A DNA stretch of 41,357 nucleotides from Patescibacteria group bacterium (GCA_038065855.1 JBBTQD010000008.1:1-41357), one strand, 5' to 3'. Counted from the first letter of the stretch, positions 17,839 through 26,321 are shown. Notes: generated from the letters alone by a model not told the origin. Program-made: numbers and translations.

Positions 17839-17953
17839 CCCGTTAGAAGCAGTAACAGTAACACATAGGTCTAACCGATGCGTTTTTGTATATGCTTATT
17901 ATAACAATAACACTTTTAACCTTTGAACCCGTTAGGACTGCTTCTAACGGGGT
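17837..17953. mobile_element. MITE-like element, 117 bp, with 17 bp perfect terminal inverted repeats and a 2 bp target duplication
   Basis: ACCCCGTTAGAAGCAGT (17837-17853) and ACTGCTTCTAACGGGGT (17937-17953), with TC on both flanks. Confidence 0.8.
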
Positions 17954-17997
17954 TCATTTTTATTATCGCGGGACGTTCAGCATCCCAATTGCTACGC

Positions 17998-18606
17998 TTA
18001 GCGTAGCGGCACAAATATAAATCCGCGGTATTCTTCTTGTTTAAATCTTTTTTTCGATGTCTTATCCAATACTACCAGATTTTCGCCGACAGAAGCAACT
18101 ATCCGGCCGCCAACCTTCAATTGATTTTTCCAACTCTTCGGCGTTTCGTCTCCGGAAGCAGACGAAATTATTCTGTCAAAAGGCGCATACTCCTTCAAGC
18201 CAGCCTTTCCGTCGCCAACAAACAAACCGACATTCCTGAAATTATACCTTCTTAAATTAAATTCAGCCAGCCCTTTAAGTTCGGGGATATATTCAATGGA
18301 AAAAACCTTGCCTCTCTTCCCTGCTATCTCAGCTAGTAATGCGGTCATATAACCAGAGCCGGTTCCGATTTCGAGAACCCTATTGTCCGGCTGGGGTTGA
18401 AGCTTTTCAAGCATTATCGCTACTGTAGTTGGCTGACTAATAGTCGCACCATAACCGATTGAAAGCGGCTGGTCCTCGTAAACTCTGTCCTTGTCTTGGA
18501 TCAAAACAAAATCCTTCCGGTCAATGGCCTTAAAAGCCTTAATAATTCTGGGGGTGATCAAAGTTTTATCGGAAATCAGTTTTTCTATGAGTTGCTGACT
18601 GGTCAC
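17998..18606 (-). CDS. pcm: Protein-L-isoaspartate O-methyltransferase
   Basis: TISQP, VLEIGTGSGY, APFDRI and QLKVGGR motifs. Start is probably GTG 18606, since the longer track ORF runs through tRNA-Trp. Confidence 0.92.
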   Translation of the reverse strand: MTSQQLIEKLISDKTLITPRIIKAFKAIDRKDFVLIQDKDRVYEDQPLSIGYGATISQPTTVAIMLEKLQPQPDNRVLEIGTGSGYMTALLAEIAGKRGKVFSIEYIPELKGLAEFNLRRYNFRNVGLFVGDGKAGLKEYAPFDRIISSASGDETPKSWKNQLKVGGRIVASVGENLVVLDKTSKKRFKQEEYRGFIFVPLR

Positions 18607-18608
18607 TG

Positions 18609-18679
18609 CGGGAGCGCTCCGACTCGAACGGAGATTAGCGGTTTTGGAGACCGCAGTCCTGCCATTGAACGACGCTCCC
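18609..18679 (-). tRNA. tRNA-Trp(CCA)
   Basis: GGGAGCG acceptor stem, GCGGT-CTCCAAA-ACCGC anticodon arm, GTTCGAGTC T-loop; CCA not encoded. Confidence 0.95.
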
Positions 18680-18683
18680 AATC

Positions 18684-18854
18684 CTACTTTCTAGTTTCTT
18701 TATGGGTTGTATGTTTTCTACACCATTTGCAGAATTTTTTCAATTCTAACTTCTTCTCCGCTGATTTCGGGTCTTTGCCTTTGCTTTTATAGGTGTAGTA
18801 GTTGATTCTTTCACAACCACCGCACTTCATTTTGATTAATCTTTCTTGGGGCAT
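18684..18854 (-). CDS. rpmG: 50S ribosomal protein L33 (Zn-binding C+ type)
   Basis: Below the track cutoff. My translation: MPQERLIKMKCGGCERINYYTYKSKGKDPKSAEKKLELKKFCKWCRKHTTHKETRK; located next to tRNA-Trp. Confidence 0.95.
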   Translation of the reverse strand: MPQERLIKMKCGGCERINYYTYKSKGKDPKSAEKKLELKKFCKWCRKHTTHKETRK

Positions 18855-18870
18855 GAATTGGCACTACTAA

Positions 18871-18942
18871 AGCCAGCGGTGGGAATTGAACCCACGACCT
18901 ACTCCCTACCATGGAGTTGCTCTGCCTCTGAGCTACGCTGGC
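18871..18942 (-). tRNA. tRNA-Thr(GGT)
   Basis: GCCAGCG acceptor stem, ACTCC-ATGGTAG-GGAGT anticodon arm, GTTCAATTC T-loop. Confidence 0.95.
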
Positions 18943-18968
18943 AATCATATTGTCTAATATTTTTAAAA

Positions 18969-19421
18969 CATATGAATCTATACAACCAAGTTAGAACCTA
19001 TTTATAGTGAGCTTGTCGCCCATTCGATTCAACTCAGGGCGACCCTGAACGAAGTTGAACGGGTCGAAACTATTTATGGTGAACTTGTTGAATCTATTTA
19101 TAGTGAGCTTGTCGAATCTACTTTAGCAAAAAATCTGACGATTGAGAAGTGGCCGCGCCTGCGGCGCGGCTCTCTGGGACGGGAAGCGGCTCCGCTGTTC
19201 CTCGTTAGAAGAATTAGCAAAACAGAAAAATTATCTGTTCATTCTTTCAGAAAAATCAGGCGCGCAAAATCTTAATCATTAAGAGATAATTTTTCTGTTT
19301 TGGTTGGCCACCGCTTTGCGGCGGCTTGGCGGAGCCGCTGGGTGGGATTGCCGTCCTGCGGGCGGAATTAGTCCGTGTCTCGCTGGAAATGAGTTCGAGC
19401 GGAGTTGTATAAAAGCATATG
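18969..19421. mobile_element. Non-coding element bounded by 35 bp imperfect inverted repeats, abutting the tRNA-Tyr 3' end
   Basis: CATATG-N4-TATACAAC-N7-GAAC-N2-ATTT at 18969-19003 and inverted at 19387-19421 (25/35 identical); internal long hairpin and tandem repeats. Confidence 0.5.
18998..19117. repeat. Tandem ~24 bp REP-like repeats (CTATTTATrGTGArCTTGTyGAA); the first copy is interrupted by a composite palindrome
   Basis: Copies start at 18998, 19070 and 19094; CGCCC...GGGCG and CGACCC...GGGTCG palindromes lie inside the first copy. Confidence 0.75.
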
Positions 19422-19503
19422 GGTGCGGAGGGACTCGAACCCCCGAAGTCCTAACGGACGCGTGGTCTACAGCCACGAGCAATTGCCACTATGCGACGCA
19501 CCC
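19420..19503 (-). tRNA. tRNA-Tyr(GTA)
   Basis: GGGTGCG acceptor stem, CGTGG-CTGTAGA-CCACG anticodon arm, long variable arm GTCC-GTTA-GGAC, T-loop GTTCGAGTC. Confidence 0.95.
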
Positions 19504-19504
19504 A

Positions 19505-20281
19505 TTAATTACTAATAAATTCTTTAAACCGGTTAGATTTTCTTGGATTATTAGATCCAATTTCTCGATAAAATTTAATTAATTCCATTTTTCTAGTCAA
19601 ATACATATTATACAGACTTATTCGAGAAGGTGAAAATCCTAATTGTTTTAATGCCCTCCTTGTATCTTTTAAAAGTTTTAAAGAATGATTACAAAAAGAA
19701 ATCTGATTCCCCCATCTCAATTTATAAACTGAACCGTCAGTATCGAAAAATCCTTTAATAAATCCTCTCATATAATCCATATCATAGAAAATCCATTTCG
19801 GAATTCCTACTTGGTCTTTGACTTTATTATTTACTAATCCCATCTTTTTTAAAAAACCAATTAACTCAACATAACCAATGTAAAGAATAAGATAACCTTC
19901 TTTGGTGTTATAAGATTTTAATTCCTCGCCAAATAATTTTTTAAAAAGCGATTTAATGTATTTGGTATAATCCAATTCTTTACTGCCTAAATTAACGATC
20001 ACTTGAGTTTTAGATATATGACCATCGCCGCACATTATACCAATAAATTCGGCTAATTCTTTACTATATCTAATATTTTTTAAAGTTCTTTTATTTGTAT
20101 AGTTCGGTTTTAAATACGGAACCGTTTTTATTCCTAATCTATTTAATCTATTATAGACAGTTTGGTAAGCAATACCTAATTTTTCAGCTATCTGAAAAAT
20201 TGTTAAATTTTTATCAATATAAAGCTCTTTTAATAAATGGTGTTGGCAATCTTCCTCTTCTTTTGTCCACTTTCGAGGCAT
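19505..20281 (-). CDS. Free-standing HTH plus double-motif LAGLIDADG endonuclease-like protein
   Basis: HTH LTIFQIAEKLGIAYQTVYNRL; LAGLIDADG helices LAEFIGIMCGDGHI and FIKGFFDTDGSV; visibly AT-rich. Confidence 0.9.
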   Translation of the reverse strand: MPRKWTKEEEDCQHHLLKELYIDKNLTIFQIAEKLGIAYQTVYNRLNRLGIKTVPYLKPNYTNKRTLKNIRYSKELAEFIGIMCGDGHISKTQVIVNLGSKELDYTKYIKSLFKKLFGEELKSYNTKEGYLILYIGYVELIGFLKKMGLVNNKVKDQVGIPKWIFYDMDYMRGFIKGFFDTDGSVYKLRWGNQISFCNHSLKLLKDTRRALKQLGFSPSRISLYNMYLTRKMELIKFYREIGSNNPRKSNRFKEFISN

Positions 20282-20316
20282 AATTTATTATATCAATAAA
20301 TTATCCCCTCTGGCAA
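20280..20316 (-). promoter_or_regulatory. Leaderless sigma70 promoter with an overlapping palindromic operator
   Basis: TTGCCA-18 bp-TATAAT with an extended TG, 5 nt before ATG 20281; perfect inverted repeat ATAATTTATT-N5-AATAAATTAT at 20280-20304. Confidence 0.65.
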
Positions 20317-20321
20317 TACCA

Positions 20322-20870
20322 TCAGTGGATTATCTTTTCAAGCGCTTCTTTTGCTTCTCCATCATTCGGATCAAGCTCTAAGACCACATCGAAAACCTCT
20401 CTTGCGTCGCTTAACATTTCATTTTTAAGATAAAACGCGCCGAGCATTTTATACAAATTCTTGTCTTTCGGATTTCTGGCTATCTCCGCAATAAGACTAT
20501 TCTCTTTCGCCTTAAAGTTAGATACATTCGCTTTAGGTTCGTCTGAAAAAAAGGTTTCCTTAAATTCCGGCCTAACCGTCTTTTTCTGTCTTTTTTCTAA
20601 AAGCTTATTAACAAAGTTATCGGTTTTTAAAGACAAAATCCTTACTCTTCTCAAAAATTTTTCGTAATCGGCAAGAGCGTTCTTTTTAAACCCCTGAAAA
20701 TCAATCTTACCCCAAATGTTAAAAAATTCCGGCAGGATTAAATGCCAAAAATCTTTTTTAACCTCGGAAAAGTTTTTGCTGCTTTTAATTTCTTTAATTT
20801 TTGACCGGACAATATAGCTGATTCCGGCGACGCTTCCGGCAATTAAAATCAAGGGGATGATTAAAAACAT
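20322..20870 (-). CDS. Membrane-anchored protein with a C-terminal TPR
   Basis: N-terminal TM from MFLIIPLILIAG; C-terminal LYKMLGAFY...AREVFDVVLELDPND TPR. Start reassigned to avoid overlap with tsf. Confidence 0.75.
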   Translation of the reverse strand: MFLIIPLILIAGSVAGISYIVRSKIKEIKSSKNFSEVKKDFWHLILPEFFNIWGKIDFQGFKKNALADYEKFLRRVRILSLKTDNFVNKLLEKRQKKTVRPEFKETFFSDEPKANVSNFKAKENSLIAEIARNPKDKNLYKMLGAFYLKNEMLSDAREVFDVVLELDPNDGEAKEALEKIIH

Positions 20871-20874
20871 ATTT

Positions 20875-21318
20875 TTAAACGTTGAAACGGGAAAATTCAC
20901 CTACTTTTATATTCTCTCCCAATTTAGCAATATGCTTATTTATAAGTTCTCTAATCGTCGAATTCTGGTCTTTGATGAAGGGTTGTTCCAAAAGCTCACC
21001 GGCGCCTTTCGGATTCATTGAAGCAATCTGCATAGCCAAATCATGGGCCAGTTCCAGAAAATCTAAACTTTTCGCGACAAAATCAGTTTCGCAATGTAAA
21101 ACAATAATCGCTCCCACTTTTTTATTCGCGTGGATATAGCTTTCAACCACGCCTTCTTTAGCTAAGCGGGAAGATTTTTTTTCGGCGATTTCATGACCCC
21201 GAGAACCTAAAATTTCCAAAGCCCTTTTCTCGTCTCCGCCGGCTTCTTCCAAAGCCCGTCTTATATCCACCACCGAAAGACCGGTTTGGTCTCTTAATTT
21301 TTTGATGCCTTCAATCAT
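20875..21318 (-). CDS. tsf: Elongation factor Ts (short form)
   Basis: IKKLRDQTG, CETDFVA and KLGENI motifs; downstream of rpsB. Confidence 0.95.
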   Translation of the reverse strand: MIEGIKKLRDQTGLSVVDIRRALEEAGGDEKRALEILGSRGHEIAEKKSSRLAKEGVVESYIHANKKVGAIIVLHCETDFVAKSLDFLELAHDLAMQIASMNPKGAGELLEQPFIKDQNSTIRELINKHIAKLGENIKVGEFSRFNV

Positions 21319-21322
21319 CGTT

Positions 21323-22015
21323 TTAAATAAGCGCTTTCTTTATTGTCTCCAAAATAAGATCCACCGACTGCTTGGCGTTGTCATTGGCCGGAATGGGATA
21401 GTCAACTGAAGTCGGATCGCTTTCGGTGTTTAAAATCGCGACTACCTTTATGCCCATCCTTTTGGCTTCGCGAAGAGGCAAATCGCCCTGCCTCAATGAA
21501 CTTAAAAAAACGACATCAGGCAGTTTAACCAGCCTCTCAAGTCCCCCGAACTTCTCCCTTAAAAGACGGAGCTCTTTTTCCATATCGTGCTTTTCTTTTT
21601 TAGTGAGTTTTTCCATAAATACAGGATCAGCCAATTTTTCCTTCATCTCTTTGTAGTATTTTATCCTTTCCTGCATAGTCTTAAAATTGGTCAGCGTCCC
21701 GCCGAGCCACCTTTCTTTAATACAAGGCATAGAAAGTAAATCGGCGATTTCCACTATTTTTTCCTCTGAATGCTTGGTCAGGCTAGACCATAGAATCGAA
21801 CCGCCGTTTTCCTTGGTTTTTTGCAAAAATTCAATCGCTTTTTTAAGCTCCTCTTCGGTCTTGAAAATATTAATCAAATGGATTGCGTCTTTCAAAGCGT
21901 AAATAAAAGGCTCCATCTTCGGGTGCCGAACAGTTTTTTTCCGACCGTAATGGACTCCGGCCAGGAGCATATCTTCGTAGGAAGGCATAATTTTGGAATA
22001 GTCAATTTCAGCCAT
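21323..22015 (-). CDS. rpsB: 30S ribosomal protein S2
   Basis: AGVHYG, RWLGGTLTN and PIPANDNA motifs. Confidence 0.97.
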   Translation of the reverse strand: MAEIDYSKIMPSYEDMLLAGVHYGRKKTVRHPKMEPFIYALKDAIHLINIFKTEEELKKAIEFLQKTKENGGSILWSSLTKHSEEKIVEIADLLSMPCIKERWLGGTLTNFKTMQERIKYYKEMKEKLADPVFMEKLTKKEKHDMEKELRLLREKFGGLERLVKLPDVVFLSSLRQGDLPLREAKRMGIKVVAILNTESDPTSVDYPIPANDNAKQSVDLILETIKKALI

Positions 22016-22053
22016 AGTTGAAAATTCTAACTTATTTTGTTAGATTAGTAAAG

Positions 22054-22275
22054 ATGCGTAAAGAAATCCACCCTCAATACTACGAACATGCTAAAGTCAG
22101 ATGCGCCTGCGGCAACCAATTTATTGTCGGGGCGACAATCCCGGAAATTAAAGTTGAAATCTGCTCAAACTGCCATCCTTTTTACACCGGCAAGGGCAGA
22201 GTAGTTGATACCAAAGGTCGGGTTGAGAGATTTAAGAAACGGCTTGAGAAAACCAAGAAAAAAAAGAAAGAATGA
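22054..22275 (+). CDS. rpmE: 50S ribosomal protein L31 (C+ type)
   Basis: MRKEIHPQY...CACG...[10 protein letters not shown]; start at ATG 22054. Confidence 0.97.
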   Translation: MRKEIHPQYYEHAKVRCACGNQFIVGATIPEIKVEICSNCHPFYTGKGRVVDTKGRVERFKKRLEKTKKKKKE

Positions 22276-23006
22276 GTGATGAATTAATAATGGAAATCAG
22301 GGCCGGTACTGGCGGCGAAGAAGCCGCGCTTTTTGCTTTTGACCTCTTCAATATGTACAAAAAATACGCTCTAAACCAGGGATGGCGTTTTAATGTTCTG
22401 GACGCCAGCCAATCGGATTTAAGGGGCTTCAGGCAAATAACTTTTGAAATCAACGGGCTGGAAGCGCTGAAGAAGATGGCTAGAGAGGCCGGAGTCCACC
22501 GGGTCCAAAGAATCCCCAAAACCGAAAAATCCGGCCGGGTCCACACTTCCACGGCCACCGTGGCCGTGCTTCCGAAAGCAAAAGAAACCGATATCCGGAT
22601 CAATCCGGCTGATTTAGAAATAAGCTTTTTCCGTTCAGGCGGACCGGGCGGGCAGAATGTAAATAAAGTTGAAACAGCAGTCCGGATAGTGCATAAGCCT
22701 TCAGGCCTTGTGGTTTCATCTCAAGAAGAACGATCCCAGCAAAGAAACCGCAAAAAAGTCATGGAAGTTTTAAGAGCTAAATTGTGGCAGGCCGAACAAG
22801 AAAAAAAAACCGGCGAAATAACTGAAAAGCGGAGAAGACAGATCGGTTCGGCCGATCGGTCCGAAAAAATAAGGACCTATAATTTTCCTCAAGGCAGAAT
22901 CACCGACCACCGGATTAAAAAGAGCTGGGGCAATCTGGAGGCGGTGATGGACGGGAATTTAGATAGAATTATTGAGTCTCTTTCACTTCGCCCTCCAAAG
23001 CTTTAA
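22272..23006 (+). CDS. prfA: Peptide chain release factor 1 lacking the N-terminal helical domain
   Basis: [24 protein letters not shown] (PxT), GGQ and RTYNFPQ motifs; only 244 aa. Confidence 0.9.
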   Translation: MSDELIMEIRAGTGGEEAALFAFDLFNMYKKYALNQGWRFNVLDASQSDLRGFRQITFEINGLEALKKMAREAGVHRVQRIPKTEKSGRVHTSTATVAVLPKAKETDIRINPADLEISFFRSGGPGGQNVNKVETAVRIVHKPSGLVVSSQEERSQQRNRKKVMEVLRAKLWQAEQEKKTGEITEKRRRQIGSADRSEKIRTYNFPQGRITDHRIKKSWGNLEAVMDGNLDRIIESLSLRPPKL

Positions 23007-23625
23007 CGTCGGAGGCCTCTTTCTTAATCACTTCAACCTCTTCAACCGAAGGCGGTGCTTCTTCAACCACTTCTTCTCGAGGCGCCTGAATCAAGGCTAC
23101 GACGTCTTCCGGATTAGCTTCAATTTTTACTTTGCTGGATACTAAAATATCTTTAACTAAAATATGGTCTCCAAAATTCTGGAGCCTGGAAAGATCAATT
23201 TGAAGCTCGTGGGGCAAGTCTTGAGGCAAGGCCTCAACTTCAAGCTCGCTGATTGTTTTAATCAAAACTCCGCCGGCTTTCACCGCTTCTGACTCGCCGA
23301 CTGAAACCAAAGGAATTTTCGCTTTTATTCTCTCTTTAAGATTGACTTTGTAAAAATCGGCGTGGATTATTTTATCGGTCACTGGATTTTTCTGAATATC
23401 CTTTATCACCGTCAGCTCTTCCTTATCCCCTATCTTTAAATTTATCAAAGTCGATTCACCGGCTTTTTTAAAAGCATTTTCAAAATCAGTGTATTTAATC
23501 TGAATCGGCGATGCCTCAAAATTGTGGCCGTAGACCACCGACGGCAAAAATCCCTCTTTCCTCAAAGAATTCAACGCCTTCCCGACTGATTCTCTAATCT
23601 TAGCTTCGAGTTCTATTTTTTCCAT
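22969..23625 (-). CDS. rplY: 50S ribosomal protein L25 / Ctc
   Basis: LRKEGFLPSVVYG and IHADFY motifs, acidic tail. Confidence 0.96.
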   Translation of the reverse strand: MEKIELEAKIRESVGKALNSLRKEGFLPSVVYGHNFEASPIQIKYTDFENAFKKAGESTLINLKIGDKEELTVIKDIQKNPVTDKIIHADFYKVNLKERIKAKIPLVSVGESEAVKAGGVLIKTISELEVEALPQDLPHELQIDLSRLQNFGDHILVKDILVSSKVKIEANPEDVVALIQAPREEVVEEAPPSVEEVEVIKKEASDVKALEGEVKETQ

Positions 23626-23650
23626 TGGCTTTATTTAATTATCATAAATT

Positions 23651-25120
23651 TTACTCGGAATCAAGAGCTTCCTTTTCAATCTTCGGCTTCTGCTTCTCCA
23701 GCCACTCTTTTACCATCAGCGTTGCCCGGACGTCATCCTCATTGTATTTAATCAGCTTCTCCAGAAAATCCTTCTTGCCCGTTTCCAACCACTGATCATA
23801 CCAAGCCACCGCCTCTCCTCCGCCGGCACCTTCTTCCGACCATTGATACCCGATAAATCCAGCCACATCCTTTAAGCTGTAAAAATAAATAGGCAGGACA
23901 ACCGAACTGGTAGCGATATTATACAAATCTAAACTGTTCTCTCTGAATTTTCTCATCAAATCCGCCGGCGCCCCGTATCTTTTTTCGAGCCGCTGAAGCA
24001 CGTGCTTTTCATAATAGCTGTAATGATAAATGACAAAATTCTCTAATTTTGACAAAAATTCCAGAAAATCCTCCCACATTTTTTTTTCATTTTCCTTTCC
24101 TTTAGCCAAAAAATATTCAAAATCAGCGGTTTTTCGATTTTGTTTTTTTACCAAAAAACCGAATAAAAAATCGGTCCCGCGGGTTGGATCAGACTCAACA
24201 TCAAAGTAAATTTCGTTTTTAACTTCCGGAAAATTATAGCGCTGAATCATCAGGGGCTTGCCGGAAACCAAAACTTCGGCTTGATTGCGAACTCGAATTA
24301 ATTTGTCGTAATTCCAGCCTTCAAGACCTTCTTGAAGACTACTCAAGTCTTTCTCGGCCAGCTGGCCCACGGTCTTTATTCCCAGTTCGTAAAAATCCCT
24401 CTGGTCGCGCTGGCTAATGCCATGGATTAAAGAAATATCCTCGCAACCCTTGGTTTCCTCTTCGCAAATGGCAAACCAAGGGCTCCTTTTGCATCCGCCC
24501 TTGATGAAAGGCGGCGGTTTTTCGCCTTCCAGAATTTTTTCAATTTCTTTGAGAGTTAATTGAAACTTATCCATAAACGGTTCAATCAGAAAAGACCTTG
24601 CTTCTCCATCGGCGTTCAAAATATAAGCGTCCTGCGGCCTAGCTCCCTGGACTTTTTCTAAAATCAAACTGGCGAAAACCAGAGGAAACTTATATTCGTC
24701 TTTCAGCTCCGGATCATTGCGGATGTCATAAGCAATATAATACCAGTCGCCAAAATTACTTTTAACCGAAGAATCAACCGCTTTTAATTCCGCAATGGGC
24801 CGGCGCTCAATAAAATCCGGTTCGCCAACCCAGTGGCCGTCCATCAAAACCGGTTTATAAATATTCTTGCCCTGTTTCATTAATTCCACCGTAGCTAAAA
24901 AAGCCTCGTCCAGATCGTTATAAAGCTCCGGCTTTATTTCCACGAATTCTTTGGTCGGTAAAACGCCCTGCGGCTCGCGGATTTTGCCCGAATAAAGCAT
25001 TTCCAAAACCGGCGGCACGTGCTTATGTTTTTTCTGATCTTCGTAAATATCGTACCAAATCCAATGCGGGCAGAGAAAAAATTTATAGAAATGCTCGGAT
25101 TTTAGAAGTTGTTTAGCCAT
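23651..25120 (-). CDS. TM0106-family RecB-like nuclease with a C-terminal RNase H-like domain
   Basis: GEPDFIE nuclease motif, HhH-like GIKTV, YFDVES, YSLK and YNEDDV motifs. Confidence 0.85.
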   Translation of the reverse strand: MAKQLLKSEHFYKFFLCPHWIWYDIYEDQKKHKHVPPVLEMLYSGKIREPQGVLPTKEFVEIKPELYNDLDEAFLATVELMKQGKNIYKPVLMDGHWVGEPDFIERRPIAELKAVDSSVKSNFGDWYYIAYDIRNDPELKDEYKFPLVFASLILEKVQGARPQDAYILNADGEARSFLIEPFMDKFQLTLKEIEKILEGEKPPPFIKGGCKRSPWFAICEEETKGCEDISLIHGISQRDQRDFYELGIKTVGQLAEKDLSSLQEGLEGWNYDKLIRVRNQAEVLVSGKPLMIQRYNFPEVKNEIYFDVESDPTRGTDFLFGFLVKKQNRKTADFEYFLAKGKENEKKMWEDFLEFLSKLENFVIYHYSYYEKHVLQRLEKRYGAPADLMRKFRENSLDLYNIATSSVVLPIYFYSLKDVAGFIGYQWSEEGAGGGEAVAWYDQWLETGKKDFLEKLIKYNEDDVRATLMVKEWLEKQKPKIEKEALDSE

Positions 25121-26321
25121 AGATTTTTTTCAAAAACGCCTTAGTTACGTAAACGGCGGAAAAGATGCTGAAGATTGTACCGATGGCTAATGTTAAAGCA
25201 AAGCCTTTAATCAATGAGGTTGTAAAAATATACAAAATAACTGCCGCAATCAAAGTTGTAACCTGCGAGTCGCGGATTGAAGACCAGGCCCGTTCAAAAC
25301 CAATATTAATTGCTGAAGCCCGGCTTTTGCCTTCTTTTACTTCTTCTTTAATTCTAGAAAAAATCAAAATATTTCCGTCAACTGCCATGCCAAGCGACAA
25401 AATAAAACCGGCTATTCCGGCTAAAGTCAGAGTCACCGGCAGTATTTTAAAAATCGTTAAAACCGAAACCGTGTAGAACAAAAGGGCAAAAAGAGCCACC
25501 AGGCCGTAGCCGCGGTAAAAAACCAGCATAAACAAGGCTAAAGCGATCAAGCCGTAAAATCCGGCTTTCAGGCTTTGTTCCAATGACGATTTGCCCAAAC
25601 TCGGCCCTACTACCTGTTGCGAGGTAAGTTTAATCGGCACAGGCAGGGCGCCGGCAGAAAGGCGGCCCGCCAGCTCCCGAGCTTCGTTAATGGTGAATTG
25701 GCCTGAAATAACCGCTTGACCATTGGTAATTTCATCCTGGACCGTAGGAATAGAAATCGGTTGGCCGTCCAAAAAAATAGCCAGCGGCTTCTTCAAATTT
25801 CTTTTTGAAATTTCTAAAAGTAGCTTTGACCCTTCATCGTTGAATTCCAAGCTCACCATCGGCAAATTTGTGTTCGGGTCAAAAGCCAGCTTCGCTCGTT
25901 TCAGTTGTTTTCCGTTCAAACCAGTGGAAACGAAATTTTCATTCACTAACTCCATAAATTCCAAAAACGGCGTCTCCCCTATCAGCTTAATCGCTTCACC
26001 GACATCCTTAACCTGAGGCAGTTCAACAATCAATCTGTCATTTCCGCTTACCTGGACATTCGGTTCGGCTACACCATATAAATTAACCCGCCTTTCAATA
26101 ACGTCACGGACCCCAACCATTGAATCGCCTTGCTCTTTTTCCGGAATATTCGTTAAGTCAGCCTGATAAACCAAATGGGCTCCGCCGAGTAAATCCAGTC
26201 CCAACCGGAACGGTCTTTCCGGAAATTTAAAATTTAAACTGCCCAACCATCTATTCAGCAGTTGTGGATAAATAAAAAAAGACAAAAAGACAAAAATAAT
26301 TATTAAAATAATGATTTTCAT
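25113..26321 (-). CDS. secD: Protein translocase subunit SecD
   Basis: LGLDLLGG, AGALP, VGPSLG, GMAVDGNI and IKGFA motifs. Confidence 0.95.
   Translation of the reverse strand: MKIIILIIIFVFLSFFIYPQLLNRWLGSLNFKFPERPFRLGLDLLGGAHLVYQADLTNIPEKEQGDSMVGVRDVIERRVNLYGVAEPNVQVSGNDRLIVELPQVKDVGEAIKLIGETPFLEFMELVNENFVSTGLNGKQLKRAKLAFDPNTNLPMVSLEFNDEGSKLLLEISKRNLKKPLAIFLDGQPISIPTVQDEITNGQAVISGQFTINEARELAGRLSAGALPVPIKLTSQQVVGPSLGKSSLEQSLKAGFYGLIALALFMLVFYRGYGLVALFALLFYTVSVLTIFKILPVTLTLAGIAGFILSLGMAVDGNILIFSRIKEEVKEGKSRASAINIGFERAWSSIRDSQVTTLIAAVILYIFTTSLIKGFALTLAIGTIFSIFSAVYVTKAFLKKIYG

Noticed and set aside
18607-18681. N-terminal extension of pcm in the track
   Set aside because: It is the tRNA-Trp sequence read as codons.
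18998-19117. Tandem 24 bp repeats as a CRISPR array
   Set aside because: The repeats are adjacent with no unique spacers, and there are no cas genes. The Cas4-like gene is solitary and 18 kb away.
19279-19582. ORFs 19279-19482 and 19304-19582
   Set aside because: They overlap tRNA-Tyr and GC-rich palindromes, which are naturally poor in stop codons.
19505-20281. LAGLIDADG ORF as part of a group I intron or intein
   Set aside because: The flanking tRNA is complete, no interrupted host gene or intron core is visible, and there are no intein Cys/His-Asn termini.
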